Shown one piece after another: positions 1 through 24,377 of a stretch of DNA of 64,000 nucleotides; the stretch's first letter is position 1, and every line of letters begins with the position of its first letter. The notes beneath the pieces were generated by a model that did no database searches, was not told the DNA's origin, and was given only the letters and a program-made list of their open reading frames with translations. Origin of the DNA: the human T2T-CHM13v2.0 reference genome, Homo sapiens. The DNA lies in the NCBI RefSeq assembly GCF_009914755.1, contig NC_060942.1, one strand, 5' to 3'. The position numbers and the translations under genes are program-made.

Positions 1-620
1 GACTAAAGTACTACATTACATTTAGTATGTTGACTTTTAAAATACCAAAGCAATTTATATTCAATTAATGCTTCTTCATACACCAAGAATCTACCACAAT
101 ACACAGCACACAAAGGCCGTTCAATAAACATTGAATGAATGAATGGTTTGGCTAGGGCCAGGGTGGGGAGTTAAAGTGAGAGGAGGGTATATGTTATAGA
201 GAACAGTGGTAGAAGGAACTCTCCGTGCAAGTAAATTAAGGGAAAGATGGACACCAGAAAGGCAAGGTGATGGGCCTATAAGCATACTGGATAATGGAAG
301 AAGTCCATTTCTTTCTAGCTAGTTTGAAGGGCCTAAAAGCACTGAGATGTTTTTGTATCTTCCCTACATTTGGAGATGATATTAGGTTGTCATAACAACC
401 ACAAATATAGACCATTACTAAATTGGTGGATGTCCTCTTTCTCCCATTGTTATTGCCTTCCTCTTTTGCCTGCTAAACTAAAAATTGGATATAAGATTGA
501 GAATGTATTATATAATTTGCAAGACATAGAGGATGTTTATAGAATATACTAAAGTATCCCTCAGCACCAATATGGGAGTATCCTGGTCTCAAGTTTATAA
601 TTTTTGCACATATAATCTAA

Positions 621-1004
<384 letters not shown>

Positions 1005-1449
1005 CCAGCTCTGAAATTTTAACTTAGTTTTGGATTCCTTGGAATTTGAAAATATGCTAACACGAAGGATTGTAAATAGGTAGTTTGAGGTTATCAGGAA
1101 CAGTAACTTGAAGCAAGAACATCAGAAATTGTTCACCATGCAAATATTTAGTACTCTGAATCAAGGAACATAGTATTTTTTACATGAGTATTCCAGTAAG
1201 GTAATTAAACTTATGAAAAGGGTATATAACTTTTTGTAAATCATTAAAACATTTTATAGTCCTTGTAATGATTTCAGGACCTTGGACAGCTAGAAGGGGC
1301 TTAAGAAAAAATGGCTAAGAAAACAAAGTAAATGGTTTTGGCCAGCTTAAAAAGAGAAAGCAAAATAGTTAAAAATACATTTCATAGATTGAGAATGTAC
1401 GGGCTATGTCACAGTTACGCTACTTATTTTGTGGTTTTAAGTTAGTCTC

Positions 1450-3300
1450 AACATCTTTGGGCCTCAGAATCAACTTTTTTATGGGATCTTTTTTCTCTGT
1501 TTTTAAGATTATCTCTTTTTTCTTTGGTGCTTTGCAGGTTTACTGTATTATTTGGAAGTGCGAATTTATTTTTATTCTTAGTATATACTGGCTTCTTCCT
1601 GTATCTTTTAATTCATGTTCTGTAAAATTCTCAACCACTAGCTCTTCAAATATTTCTTCTCTATTCTAGGACTGTATACAAATGATAGACTTTCTTACTG
1701 TATCCTTCATGTCTCTTAATTTCTCATATTTTTCATCCTCTTGTTTCTCTTTACTGCATTTTGGGTAATTTCATCAGCTCTATCTTTCTGTTTACTAGTT
1801 CATTTTTCAGTAGCATCTCACCTGCTATTTAAAACAATGATGGTTTTAATTTCAATAAATATATTTTTCATTTGATTCTTTTTAACTTCCCGTTTACTCA
1901 TTACAGTCCCTTGTAAGTCTGTTTCTAATTTTTAAAAGTCAAATATATGATATTTTTGATAATTTCAATATTTTAAGTCTTTATAAGTCTACATTTAAGG
2001 TTATTATTGCATATCATTGTGACTTATTTCCTTGAGTATGTGTTAATCTGCGAGAAGACAGAGGGCCTAAATTGTGTATGTTTTCCTTCAGTATGATTTG
2101 AGTTCGTTGCTTCTCTGGGTGAGGTGGTACAAACTCCTTGGCATACTCTATTCACCTTTGTGGATCCTGATTGAATGCCTTGTCTTAAGTGTAAGCTCCC
2201 TGACCCTTACTACTAGCCGAAGGTTTTGTCTCTGCAGGTCAATTCCAAACTAACAGGCAGATGCTGTTAGCTATCTGCCTCCAGGGATAAACCCCATCTT
2301 TCAAGCTTGCTTCTTGCTTGATGCTTTCTGCTGCTTTCTTGCTTTTGTTTCAGCTCGAGTTTGTTGTTGTTTTTTTTTTTTCCTGTTTCTGTCTTGAATG
2401 TAGAGGGTATTTTTATTTTTATTTTTTCTGTTTCTCTCTTGAGTGTATAGTGTAGAGGGGGTTTCTGTCTTGAGTGTAGGCCTGGAGATTTCCCTTATAT
2501 GGTACAAACCAGCAATGAATTAAGAGGTCTCTTTTCTCCAAGATCTAGTGTTTTGTACTAGGAGAACTCTAAAAAGTATCTATTCCACTGTAGTGCCAAA
2601 GTACAAATTTATTTGGATTTATTTTTTGCCATCTTATTTTTTAATATATTTCTTTTTCTATGTTGTGCTTCTTTCCCACCTTTATCTCTCCTCCTATCTT
2701 TTGGGATCAGTTGGGTTTTCTATTTAATCATATATTTTCCCTTTACTGATTTGGAATGTGAATGTTACAAGTCCTTTTGATTATCCTTAAACATCTAAAA
2801 ATGCTACCCTCTTTCCAAACAACACAAAGGTATTGAAATAACATTAATTCTAATTAAATTCCACAAGTTCTTTATTAAATCTCCAAATTGGATATTATTA
2901 GTATTTTATATAGTCAATGTTTATTTTTTTGATGGGACATGGTGGGGGCTTACCTTTTTTCTTGTGTGTCAGATGTTCCTTCTAGGTAGAATTCTTTATA
3001 CCTTCTGAAATTATGTCCTTAGAGCTGTAGATTTAGAACTGACATCTCTTGAGCTGTTCTAAGATAATATCTTTTACTTTGGAGATACGCAGTTTTTATT
3101 ATATGTCTAGCTATAGATTTATCATGGATTTAGGTTCATTATGAATCTGCAGATTTGTGTCTTCCATCAAATCTGGATTGTTTTCAATATTAAAAAAACT
3201 TCTATTTTAAAATCTGTATATAGAAAGGTACATAAACATAAATGAACATGTTAATGAGTAATTGTAACAACTATGTAACTGTCCAAGTCAAGAAATAAAA
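1450..3300 (-). mobile_element. Degraded old L1 (L1M/L1ME-like) fragments
   Basis: T-rich sequence resembling antisense L1M ORF1/3' regions; boundaries approximate. Confidence 0.45.
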
Positions 3301-3319
3301 CATATCAAGTAATCAAGAA

Positions 3320-3963
<644 letters not shown>

Positions 3964-4033
3964 CTACTACAGAATCTTTTAAAATAAGTTTTGAGATGTA
4001 TTATGGCCCCAAAGTGATCTACTTTAGTAAATA

Positions 4034-6515
<2,482 letters not shown>

Positions 6516-6625
6516 CAGATGTTCCCTGACTTACAATAGTTCAACTTAAAAATTTTCAACTTCATAATGGTGCAAAAACAATGTACATTCAGGAGAAACC
6601 ATACATTGGATTTTACATTGTGATG
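6516..6625 (-). mobile_element. MER47/Tigger5-family MITE, 3' end in inverted orientation
   Basis: TA then CAGATGTTCCCTGACTTACAATAGTTCAACTT...CATTCAGGAGAAACCATAC, the reverse complement of the recalled MER47 3' terminus. Confidence 0.7.
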
Positions 6626-7554
6626 CTCCTTCTGCTTCTTTCAGGTGCTTTCTTTCTCAGAGTTCATATGCATATAATAATCAATACTCAACTGAGGACT
6701 TAAGGGGTATTTTCTGCAGATTTCTGCAGCTATCTGAATTCTGAACTCTAGCTGTTCGTGCCTCCAGACTCCCAGGTCCTTAATTCACAGAGACTGCTGG
6801 GCTCTCTCTGGCTTCTCTCCTCCAGGGCTGCACCCTGGAAACTTCAGGCAGTAAGCTAAGGCAATTGTAGGGCTCACCTCATTTGCTGACTTTTCATTTC
6901 TGCTATTTTGTTTTTATTTTACTTTTTTAAAAAGTTCTTCCTTATTCTCTAAATGTTTATTTCCATAGCACCCTGTTCTTGTTCATTTTTTCTCAGATAC
7001 AGTATCTTCTCATCTCTAAAGATGTGGTAAAACTTCCAAAGATTTCCTTATACTGTATAGTCTCTCTTGAAGTTGCTTTTATTTGTTTAAGAATGTGGGA
7101 CTAAAAATATGACTGGAAGCTCTGATAGCTTGGGTAGGACTTGTCAGCTTTGAGTTACATACAGGATGATCTGGCTAGGCCATTGTTGGGGGAACTCCTG
7201 ATGTCCGTATCATTAGATCTTTCCTTTGGGGCTGGTTATGTTTATCAAATATGATGATTAAAATATCTTACTTAGATTATGAATGTCTGTCTGTCTGGCT
7301 GGCTGTGTTATAGGAACAATGTGGGGAAAGGGACTAGAAATCTCAGCATTCAATATGTATACTCATTTAATCTTCCTGTTCTTAGTATACTTCCTAGATT
7401 CTCAACTAAACCAAACATTCTCTAGTTCAGAGACCATTTGTTTTACTGTCCTCTAGAGGAGAGTAAAAAAAGAGTTTTACTCTTTTACAATTCTCTAGAA
7501 AAAAACTCCAACCTTTTGTTGGATTTGAGGAGATAATTTCTCAATGTTTTTAGT

Positions 7555-8020
7555 CTTTAATTTTTGTTGGTACATAGTAGGTATGTATATTTATAGGGGT
7601 ACATGAGATTCTTTGATACAGGCATGCAATGCATAATAATCACATCATGGTAAATGGGGTATCCATCCCCTCAAGCATTTATCTTTTGTGTTTACAAACA
7701 ATCAACTTATAATCTTTTAGTCATTTAAAAATATACAATTAAATTATTATTAACTATAATCACCCTGTTGTGCTATCAAATACTAGGTCTTATTCATTCT
7801 AATTATTTTTTGTACCCATTAACTATCCCCACTTCTCCCAACCCACCTCCACTACCCTTCCCAGCCTCTGGTAACCATCCTTCTACTCTATCTTCACAAG
7901 TTCAATTGTTTTAATTTTTAGCTCCCACAAATAAGTGAGAACATGGAAAGTTTGTCTTTCTGTGCCTGGCTAATTTCACTTAACATAACAACCTCCAGTT
8001 CCATCCATGTTGTTGCAAAT
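7555..8020 (-). mobile_element. L1MA 3' end fragment
   Basis: GGTACATAGTAGGTATGTATATTTAT...AATAATCACATCATGG...GCTCCCACAAATAAGTGAGAACATG is typical of antisense L1MA 3' UTR. Confidence 0.8.
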
Positions 8021-8832
8021 GTTTCTCAATTAGTTTTCACCCACTTCTCCTTACCAAGTCCCATTAGCATCACATCATTGATGTGGAATTAGCCCTGTGG
8101 GTTATCAGCTTGTGGATGTCCAGTATTTGTGAAAGCAAAAGTAATGATGTATTGCTATTTGAATTACAGCTGTGATATATAGTCTTGCATTTAATGGTTC
8201 CAATGTAGACTTAAAGGTAGAAGCTCTCATGGTAGGACACCTACATAGTATACTTGGAGGCATCCCCAAGAGCCTAGAATCTGCCCTTCCCACTTTTCCA
8301 ACAATGCCCTAAGTACCTAATTAGCTGTAATAAATTCACCCCTTTCTGCCTAAACTACCTAGATTGTTCTGCATTATTCCTAGAATGACAGAATGGTAGA
8401 AAACTCAATTCTTTTAAAAATCCGCTTGCACTTTTTCTTACACTGTCTGTGTTAAAACTGTCATGTTTTATTTTAATTACTATTTTCAACAAAGTCATTT
8501 TTATTCTATATGAGGTAATACAAATATTTGAATTATTTGGTGGGGGACTATAATTCTTTGTCTTATTTATTATTTCTGCTGACTACTCACATGCTGGCAT
8601 TTTTCCTCATGTGCTCTGTGATTTTGGAGTGTGTGTTCATGTTTGCTAGCCTTTATTTGTGGAACTCCTGCAAGGTCTGGATGAGGATGTGTCACTCCAG
8701 GAAATATTTGCACTTGCTTCTGCTGGCACTTGGACTATTTTGTTAATTTCTTATCTTGCAAATTAAACCTCAAATCTTGGCAGACTGCAGGCATGCATTC
8801 TCAGATGATACTTCCACCTCTCTCCCAGTTCA

Positions 8833-15307
<6,475 letters not shown>

Positions 15308-16002
15308 TGTTTTCTTTTATTTTTATGGTTGGATTATTTTTTTCTAGTTCGCTGTTTTACTGAGAAGATAGTCCTTCAAGGTTCCTGAGCTGTCACATTC
15401 TAGTTACTCACCTTCTGTGGGTCCAAAGTCTTATCTCCTATCTTCAAACTTAGATTTAATCATTTTTTGTTTTCTTATTTGCAGACTACCACCACTTGTA
15501 AATAAGTTATAAGGATAGTGTGGAATTCTCTCTTATCCTGTTACCTCACAGTATTACCTACTATTTTTTTTTTTTCTGGGAGAAAGGTATGCTCTGCATT
15601 TCAGCCTTGTTTTATAAAATTGATTCATGTTAACAATTTTAGTTCACAAAGAGTGTTACACTTTTGATACATAGTGGTCAGGTTCTCACAATTTGGTGAT
15701 ATTTGGGTGTCCGCCCTTTCTTTTCTAAGTTGTATTTATTATATATTAGATATACTAAAGTCCTCAAATATTGAAAAAATCTTTTAAAAATATGTTAAAA
15801 GCTTTTGAGAAAACTATAAGCTTTTTTTCAAATGTATTAGTCAGGAAAATGGAACTGGTGTACATATTTTAAGTAAGAAGGAATTTAGTGTAGTGAATTA
15901 AATGCTTACAAAATAATTGAGAAGCTGAAGGAGTGAGTTCTAGGTTTGGCCGCCAGAAATGAATCTGAGAACTATACAGAATCAACCACCAGATAAGCTC
16001 TT

Positions 16003-16140
16003 TTTATTAAAAAAAAGTAGAGATGGGATCTCGTTATGTTGCCCAGGCTGGTCTCGAATGCCTGGCCTCAAGTGATCCTCCTGCCTTTGCTTCCTGAAGT
16101 GCTAGGAAGGATTACAGGCATGAGCCACTGTGCCCAGTCT
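16003..16140 (-). mobile_element. Alu left monomer (FLAM-like)
   Basis: Single antisense monomer TAGAGATGGGATCTCG...GAGCCACTGTGCCCAG. Confidence 0.8.
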
Positions 16141-17029
16141 AGCTATTTCTTTTGGATCTGTTGTAGAACTATGAATTGAAGAAAGTGAAATCAGTATGCT
16201 GCCACCCTGCCACTTCTTCTTGAAATCTGGAAAGCTGGAGAAGTTACTGACAATTGTAACCCAGTGATAAGGAACCAGGAATTGAGAAGCTGCTGTTGCC
16301 TCTGTTGTTGATGCATCTACCTCTTGGCACACAAGAGTCTGGTAGTTGGACACTGGAACACAGAAAAGAAGACTCACATATCCTTGTTTTTGCTAGCCAT
16401 CAGAAATGGCAATAAAATAATAATAATAATGAAGAAACATGGCTTCTGCTTCACTAAGAAAGTACTATTGAATTACTATTGAAATTACTATTGAATTTTA
16501 AAAAGTGGTCAGTATAGTATATTTGTGTCATAGTGGTCATTCCTTTTTGTTTCAAATTACCAACTTGTATTCTAATAAAGTTTAGCCAATAGTTGATTTA
16601 TCTAAACCAAACCTATGTAGATACATGTATACTGAGACAGAACAATTTGTGATGTTGACAGAAGAATATTTCATCTATTTAGGCTTAGCCAGACTATAGT
16701 GTTCTACTTCAATTGTCATCAACTTTTTTGATATAACACCCTAGCAGTGAAAAAAACTTGGGAGGTACACACTCACAGAATCTGTATATTTACTAAAGAT
16801 GCACCAAAGTTTAGGTTTAGCCTTAGTATGCACTTCCTTGGTGTTTGGGTGGCCGAATAATCAAATAACTACATCAGCATCAATTTGTGGCATCCCATGA
16901 AATTGTGCACAAAATTATCATGTTCCTCACATAGTTTACATCATATCTAATCAGGATTAATGATTCTAGCCATAAAAATAGGGCATCACATTTAGATTTA
17001 TTATTAACATCTGAATATTCACTTTCTTT

Positions 17030-20000
17030 TTTTAACTTTTATTTTAGAATTGAGGGATACGTGTGCAGGTTTGTTACAGAGATATATTGCATGATGCTGA
17101 TATTTGGAGTACAAATGAATCCATCACCCAGATAGTGAGCATAGTATCCAATAGATAGTTTTTCAACCCTTGATCCCCTCTCTCCTTCTCCCTTATATTC
17201 CCCCCCAGCGTCTGTTGTTTCCATCTTTACATCCATGCATACCCAATGTTTAGCTCCCACTTATAAGTGAGAAAACGCAGTATTTGATTTTCTGTTTCTG
17301 TGTTTTTTGCTTAGGATAATGGTTTCCAGTGGCATCCATGTTGCTGCAAAGGACATGACTTTGTTCTTTTTTATGGCTGTGTAGTATTCCATGGTGTATA
17401 TATGCCATATTATCTTTATCGAGTATATCATTGATGGGCACCTGGGTTGATTCCTAGGTGTTCATATGTCTTTGCTCTTGTGAATAGCGCTGCAGTGAAC
17501 ATATGGGTGCATGTGTCTTTTTGCTGGAATCATTTATTTTCCTTTGGGTATATACCCAGGAGTGGGATTCCTGGGTTGAATGATTGTTCAGTTCTTTGAG
17601 GAATCTCCAAACTGCTTTCCACAGTGGCTGAACTAATTTACATTCTCACCAACAGTGTGTAAGTATTCCCTTTTCTCTGTAGCCTCACCAGCACCTGTTA
17701 TTTTTGACTTTTTAACAAAAGCCATTCTGACTGGTGTGAGTTGGTATTTCATTGTGATTTTGGATTGCATTTCTCTGATAATTAGTGATAAGCATTTTTT
17801 TCATATGTTTATTAGCTGCTTGTATGTCTTCTTTTGAGAAGTGTCTGTTTATGTCCTTTGCCCACTTTTTAATGGGGTTATTTGTTGTTTGCTTGTTGAT
17901 TTAAATTCCTTATAGATCCTGGATATTAGGCCTTTGTTGGATGCATAGTTTGGAGATATTTTCTCCCATTCTGTAGCTTGTCTGTTTACACCTTTGATAG
18001 TTTCTCTTGCTGTGCAGAAACTCTTTAGTTTAATTAGGTCCCACTTGTCAATTTTTGTTTTCATTGTAATTGCTTTTGAGGACTTAGCCATAAACTCTTT
18101 GCCAATGCCAATATCGAGATGGGTGTTTCCTAGATTTTCTTCTAAGAATTTTGTAGTTTGATGGCTTACATTTAAGTCTAATCCATCTTGAGTTAATTTT
18201 GTGTATGGTGATAGGTGGGGGTCCAGTTGCATTCTTCTGCATATGGATAGCCAGTTATCCCAGCACCATGTATTGAATAGGCAGTTCTTTCTCTATTGCT
18301 TACATTTATCAACTTTGACAAAGATCAGATGGTTGTAGGTATGTGGCTTTATTTCTGAGTTCTTTTACTCTGCTCCATTGGTGTATATGTCTGTTTTTTA
18401 ACCAGTAACTTTCTATTTTCGTTTCTGTAACCTTATAATACATTATACTTCGAAGTCAAGTAATATGATGTCCCCAGCTTTGTTCTTTTTGCTTAGGATT
18501 GCTTTGGCTATTTGGGCTTTTTTTTGGTTTTGTATGAATTTTAGAATAGTTTTTCTAATTTTGTGAAAAATGACATTGGTAGTTTGATAGGAATATCATT
18601 GAATCTGTAAATTACTCTGGGCACTATTACCATTTTAATGATATTCATTCATCCAATCAATGAGCATGGAATGTGTTTCCATTTATTTGTGTCATCTCTG
18701 ATTTCTTTGAACAGTGTTTTGTAATTCTCATTGTAGAGATTTTTCACCTCCCTGCTTATGTGTATTCCTAGGCATTTAGTTCTTTTTGTAGCTATTGTGA
18801 ATGGGATTGTGTTCTTGATTTGGCTGTCAGTTTTGATGTTGTTGGTATGTAGGAATACTACTGATTTTTGTACACTGATTTTGTATCCTGAAACTTTGCT
18901 GAAGTTATCAGATATAGGAACTTTTTGGCAGAGATTATGGGGGTTTCTAGATATATAATCATATTGTCTGCAAACGGGGATAGTTTGACTTCCTCTCTGG
19001 CTGTTTGGATACCCTTTATTCCTTTCTCTTCCTTGATTGCTGTGGCCAGGATTTCCAGTACTGTTGATTAGGAGTGGTGAGAGAGGGCATCCTTGCCTTG
19101 TTCTGATTTTCAAAGGGAATGCGTCCAGCTTTTGCCCATTCAGTATAATGTTGGCTGTGTATTTGTCATAGATGGTTTTTATTATTTTGACATATGTTCC
19201 TTTGATGCCTAGTTTGTTGAGGGCTTTTATCATGAGGGGATGTTGAATTTTGTCAAAAGCCTCTTCTGGATCCATTGAGATGATCATGTGGCTTTTGTTT
19301 TTAATTCTTCCTGGGATGCAAAGTTGGTTCAACATAATAATTTATTCACATTTATTGATTTGTATATGTTGAACCAACCTTGCATCCCAGGAAGAAAGCC
19401 TATTTGATTGTGGTTAATTAACTTTTTGATGTTCTGCTGGATTCAGATTGTTAGTATTTTGTTTATGGTTTTTGCATCAATGTTCATCAGCAATATTGGC
19501 CTGAAGTTTTCTTTTTTTGTTGTGTCTTTGCCAGTTTTTGGTATCAGGACGATGTTTGTTTCATAAAATGAGTTAGTGGGGAGTCCCTCCTCCTCAGTTT
19601 TCTTTGGAATAGTTTCAGTAGGATTGGTGCCAGCTCTTCTTTATATGTCTTATAGAATTCAGCTGTGAATCCATGTGGTCCAGGGCTTTTTTAAAAAATT
19701 ATTACTGACTCAATTTTGGACTCATTAGTGGTCAGTTCAGGGTTTCAGTTTCTTCCTGGTTCAATCTTGAGATGTTGCATGCTTCCAGGAATTTATTCAT
19801 TTCCTCTAGATTTTCTAGTTTGTGTGCATAGAGGTGTTCGTAATGGTCACTGGGTATCTTCTGTATTTCTGTGGGATCAGTTGTAATGTCATCTTTGTTT
19901 ATTTCTGATTGTGTTTATTTGGATCTTCTTTTTTTCTTTGTTAATCTGATTAGTGGTCTATCAATCTTGTTTATTCTTTCAAAGAACCAACTTTTGATTT

Positions 20001-21375
20001 CATTGATCTTTTTGTATGGATTTTTGGGTCTCAGTGTTATTCTGTTATGCTCTGATTTTGGTTATTTATTTTTTTATGCTAGCTTTGCAGTCAGTTTGCT
20101 CTTGTTTTTCTAGTTCCTCTTCATGTAATGTTAGATTATTAATTTGAGATCTTTCTAACATTGATGTAGGCATCTAGTGCTATAAACTTTACTCTTATGA
20201 CATTGCTTCAGCTGCGTCCAAATATTTTGGTATGCTATGTCTCTATTTTATTAATTTCAAAGATTTTTGGATATCTGCCTTACTTTCATTGTTTACCTGA
20301 AAGCCATTCAGGAGCAAGTTGTTTAATTTCCATGTAATTATATGGTTTTGAGAGATTTTTTGGTATTAATTTCTATTTTTATTGCACTGTGGTCTGAGAG
20401 TGTGCTTGGTGATTTCAATTTTTTTTCAATTTCTTGAGACTTGCTTTATGTATGGCCAAGTATGTGGTTGATCTTAGAGTATGTTTTGTGTGTGGATGAG
20501 AAGAATGTATATTCTGTGGTTGCTGGGTGGAATATTCTATAGATGTCTATTAGGTCCAATTGGTCAAGTGTTTGCTTTAAGTCCAGAATTTCTTTGTTAA
20601 TTTCTACCTTAATGTACTGTCTAACACTGTCAGTGGGGTGGTGAAGTCTCTATTACTATGTGGCTAAGTCTTTTTGTAGGTCTAGAAGTAGTTGTTTTAT
20701 GAATCGGTGCTCCAATGTTGGGCGCATATATATTTAGGATTGTTAAGTCTTCTTGTTGAATTGAACCCTTTGTCATTATATAATGCCCTTCTTTGTTCTT
20801 TTTGACTGTTTTTGATTTAAAGTCTGTTTTATCTGATACAAAAATAATGACCCCTATTCTTTTTTGTTTTCCATTTGCATGATGGATCTTTCTCCACCTC
20901 TTTACTTTGAGCCTCTGTGTGTCATTAATGTGAGATGGGTTTCTTGAAGACAGCAGACAGTTGGGTCTTGATTTTTTATCCAACTTGACATTTTATGCAT
21001 TTTTTTTTTTTGAGACAGGGTCTTCCTTTGTTGCCTAGACTGGAATGCAGTGCTGTGCTTATAGCTCACTGCAGGCTTGAACTCCTAGGCTCATGCAATC
21101 TTCCTGCCTCAGCCTCCTGAGTAGCTGGGACTACAGGCATGTACCACCATGCCTGGCTAATTTGCTATTTTTTGTAGAGACAGGATTGCACTGTGTTGCC
21201 CAGACTGGTTTCAAAGTCCTGGGCTCAAGTGATCTTCCTGCCTTGGCTTCCCAGAAAGTTGGGATTATAGGTGTGAGCCACTGCACCAGACATCTATGCC
21301 TTTTAAGTTGGACATTTAGACTGTTGACATTCAAAGTTAATATTGGTATGGGACATTTTGATCCTGTCATCATGA
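17030..21375 (-). mobile_element. 5'-truncated older L1 (L1PA13-16/L1PB-like)
   Basis: L1 3' UTR at 17030-17600; ORF2-like translations at 17849-18232, 18649-19335 ([10 protein letters not shown]) and 20630-20983 (GHYIMTKGSIQQEDLTILNIYAPN). Confidence 0.92.
21000..21290 (-). mobile_element. AluJ inserted in L1
   Basis: Diverged antisense Alu with poly-T at left. Confidence 0.88.
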
Positions 21376-22139
21376 ATATGTACTTTCAACTATGGGTAAA
21401 CATTCTAGATGTTACCTAATAAAATCTCATAAGCTTTTCTTGTGATTTCATCAGAGTCTAAATTTGTGATTATTATTGCAAAGAAAAATGTTGATATAAT
21501 TGAAGATTGTGAAGCTTATTTTATGTACAAAACAATTATTAACAGCTTACAAATTATTGAGAGAGTGGATTAGCTTGGTCATTTTATGATGTAACATATT
21601 CTTTTTGAGTCCACAGAATAAAATGTGTGGTTATTTGTTTTGTGGTGTTATTTCAGTAATAGATAATAGCTATAAAAGTTGGTACATAAAAGTGGAGGGC
21701 TATACAACAAAACCCCAAATATGTGGTATTTAGGCTTTTGGGCAGTAGAGGGCTCAGAAAACTGTTAGCAGAGGCTGGAGTAACAATGAGGAAACTGCTT
21801 TAAGAAGTTCTTATGAAATATTTGGTAAAAGGAAAAAAAAGCTGCTTATAGTACATTGGAAAACAAAATATTGTACCTTATGAACTTTTGGCTTAGAATG
21901 TCTTCAGGCAAAATGTAGAAAGCACCACCTTGTGCACTTAACTGCATTAGATTAAAGTACTGTAAGGAAGTTGATTGAGGGTTGCTATTTGCAAGCGGAA
22001 GTTAAAGGTAATATATAGGAGTCTGGAATTACTAAATTGGAGAGTAGAACTGTTTCATCTCCAGCTTTTGGTTATACTATCTGAGATGTCCTCCTTTTTC
22101 CATCATTATCTTTTCAAAATTCTTTCTAAGAAATGATCA

Positions 22140-22465
22140 TTTTTGGAAACTTATTGATTATGAGTTTAGACATGTGATTTTGCTAATGGAATGTTGGACT
22201 TTAGAAAGTGCTTACAATATTTCCACTTCCTCCCTTGCTCCCTTGCCTTCTTATGAGAACATACAAAGGCTAGGCTGCTAGTGGATGAAATTCATGAGGC
22301 AGAGCTAAGTCGCCCCAGTTACGTCAGCCCACCTCATCCTTTCTCAGATAACCCACAGCCAATTGCCAGGCATGTGAGTGAGCTCAGACTTAAGAGATAA
22401 AGTTAGATTTGTATGTCACTGAGATTTTGTGATTGTCTGTTACACATAATTGTGGCAGTTGATAT
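22140..22465 (+). mobile_element. MLT1 (MaLR LTR) fragment
   Basis: GGCATGTGAGTGAG and CACTGAGATTTTGTGATTGTCTGTTACACA resemble MLT1 3' ends. Confidence 0.5.
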
Positions 22466-22657
22466 TCATACAAGTGTGTACAGTAATATGCACAATAAAG
22501 CAACTTCATTATTAGAAAAAAATGAAGTATATTAAGAAAGTGTTAGCAAAAAAGTGTTAGTGAAAAACAAACTAATTTTGTTCTGACGAATTGAGTCCCA
22601 AAATAATCTTTAAGTGGTGGATAAATTTTAAAGCAGAACGTATTAAAATTATTTATT

Positions 22658-22940
<283 letters not shown>

Positions 22941-23989
22941 AAAGGATTTATTATAAATTGCTGTCTTTGGTAGTTGAAGATTAAGAATTTTTTAGATTCG
23001 CCAAAGCTATTAATCCTAAATCAAAGTTGATTCTGAAAATCATATAACTTAAAACCTATTCTAAGATTTAATGTCCAAAAAAATTAGTAATATAATTATG
23101 CATACCACTTGAACCTGGGTGTTTTATAATATTGAATTCGTGCAATATAGTATATGCCTTGAAGCTAGCTCACAGTTCTGAGAGGTTTTTTTTGTACTCT
23201 AATGACAAATTTTAAAATGTTGACTATTTTTAAAAACAAAGTTGTAATAAATATTTTTGGATAAAATTTCAGATTTATCTTTATATCGTAGTTTATTCTA
23301 AGATAGTAGTAATAATAGGAGCTGGGTTTAGTTTGACCAAATACTGATTTAAATACTCAGCTCTTTGTCCAAAGTGTGCTTTTAATTCAATGTACATCTA
23401 TTTTTACTTATTTTAAAAGTGTAAACATGAACCACTGTCATTGGATAACATCTCAATATATGAAAGATATTTCTGGTGAAGTTCGTTTTCATTGACATTA
23501 GATATAATTTCATATTTCAAATAGTCTTGATAATTTCTATTTTTTGCTAGCTTATGAGATCTAAACTATATTGTCGTTTACTTTTAATATTGCAAAGATC
23601 TCATATTAGTAAAATTTCAGCTGCGTTCATGTTTGTATTATTAGTATTTTCAATCCTTAATTTCTTTGTAGAAATCTTTTAAACCAATTCACAATTTTCT
23701 GATGATTTTTTTCATTAAAAGTATATCTGCTTAACTGTACCCCTATAAAACATAATTTGTCAAAATATACTGAAAGCCAACAACCAATTTCAAACCTTCC
23801 ACACTGTGGAACTCATCCTTATTTCTCAGAATATCTTTTATGCTCATGAATGGCTAGGTGAGGCACCAGAGTCAAGCTGCATATTCTGTATTAGTAAAGC
23901 TTAATTTTCTAAAAAAATAAATATAAATATAAGTTGTGCTATTTTATTTCTGCACTCTGGTGGAGCTTCTTTGCTTTTTTACTATAGAT

Positions 23990-24377
23990 ACTGGAATACC
24001 TTTCCAGATGCCTTTGCAGCCAGGTGTGAACAGTGTTCCATTTCTGGCTAATGAGATGTAAGCATCTTTCTTGGGGTTCCCAAGAAAGCTATGAAATAGG
24101 GCTAAACTCAGCTAAAATATCTTTTGCCTTTCACTCTTTTTCTTCCTGCTTAGAACATTGGGACAATGCCACCAGAAAGACAAATGCTATAAGCTAAGTA
24201 TGGCAGAGCTGAGTGCTGTAAAGAGCCTTGGTCCCTAATGACATTATTAGGCCATCATATCAGATCTCTACTGCAGACTCCCAGACTTCTTGTGTGAGAT
24301 CAATAAACCTCTCAACATTTATGTCCTCTATAAATCATATTTTTGTTGTTTGCAGCCAACGTTTTCTTAACTGATAT
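23990..24377 (+). mobile_element. Old MLT1 (MaLR LTR) fragment
   Basis: TTTCCAGATGCCTTTGCAGC...AATGAGATGTAAGCA...CAGACTTCTTGTGTGAGATCAATAAACC...TTGCAGCC...TAACTGATA pattern. Confidence 0.5.

Noticed and set aside
16462-16497. Three copies of TACTATTGAA
   Set aside because: Short AT-rich slippage repeat with no functional context.
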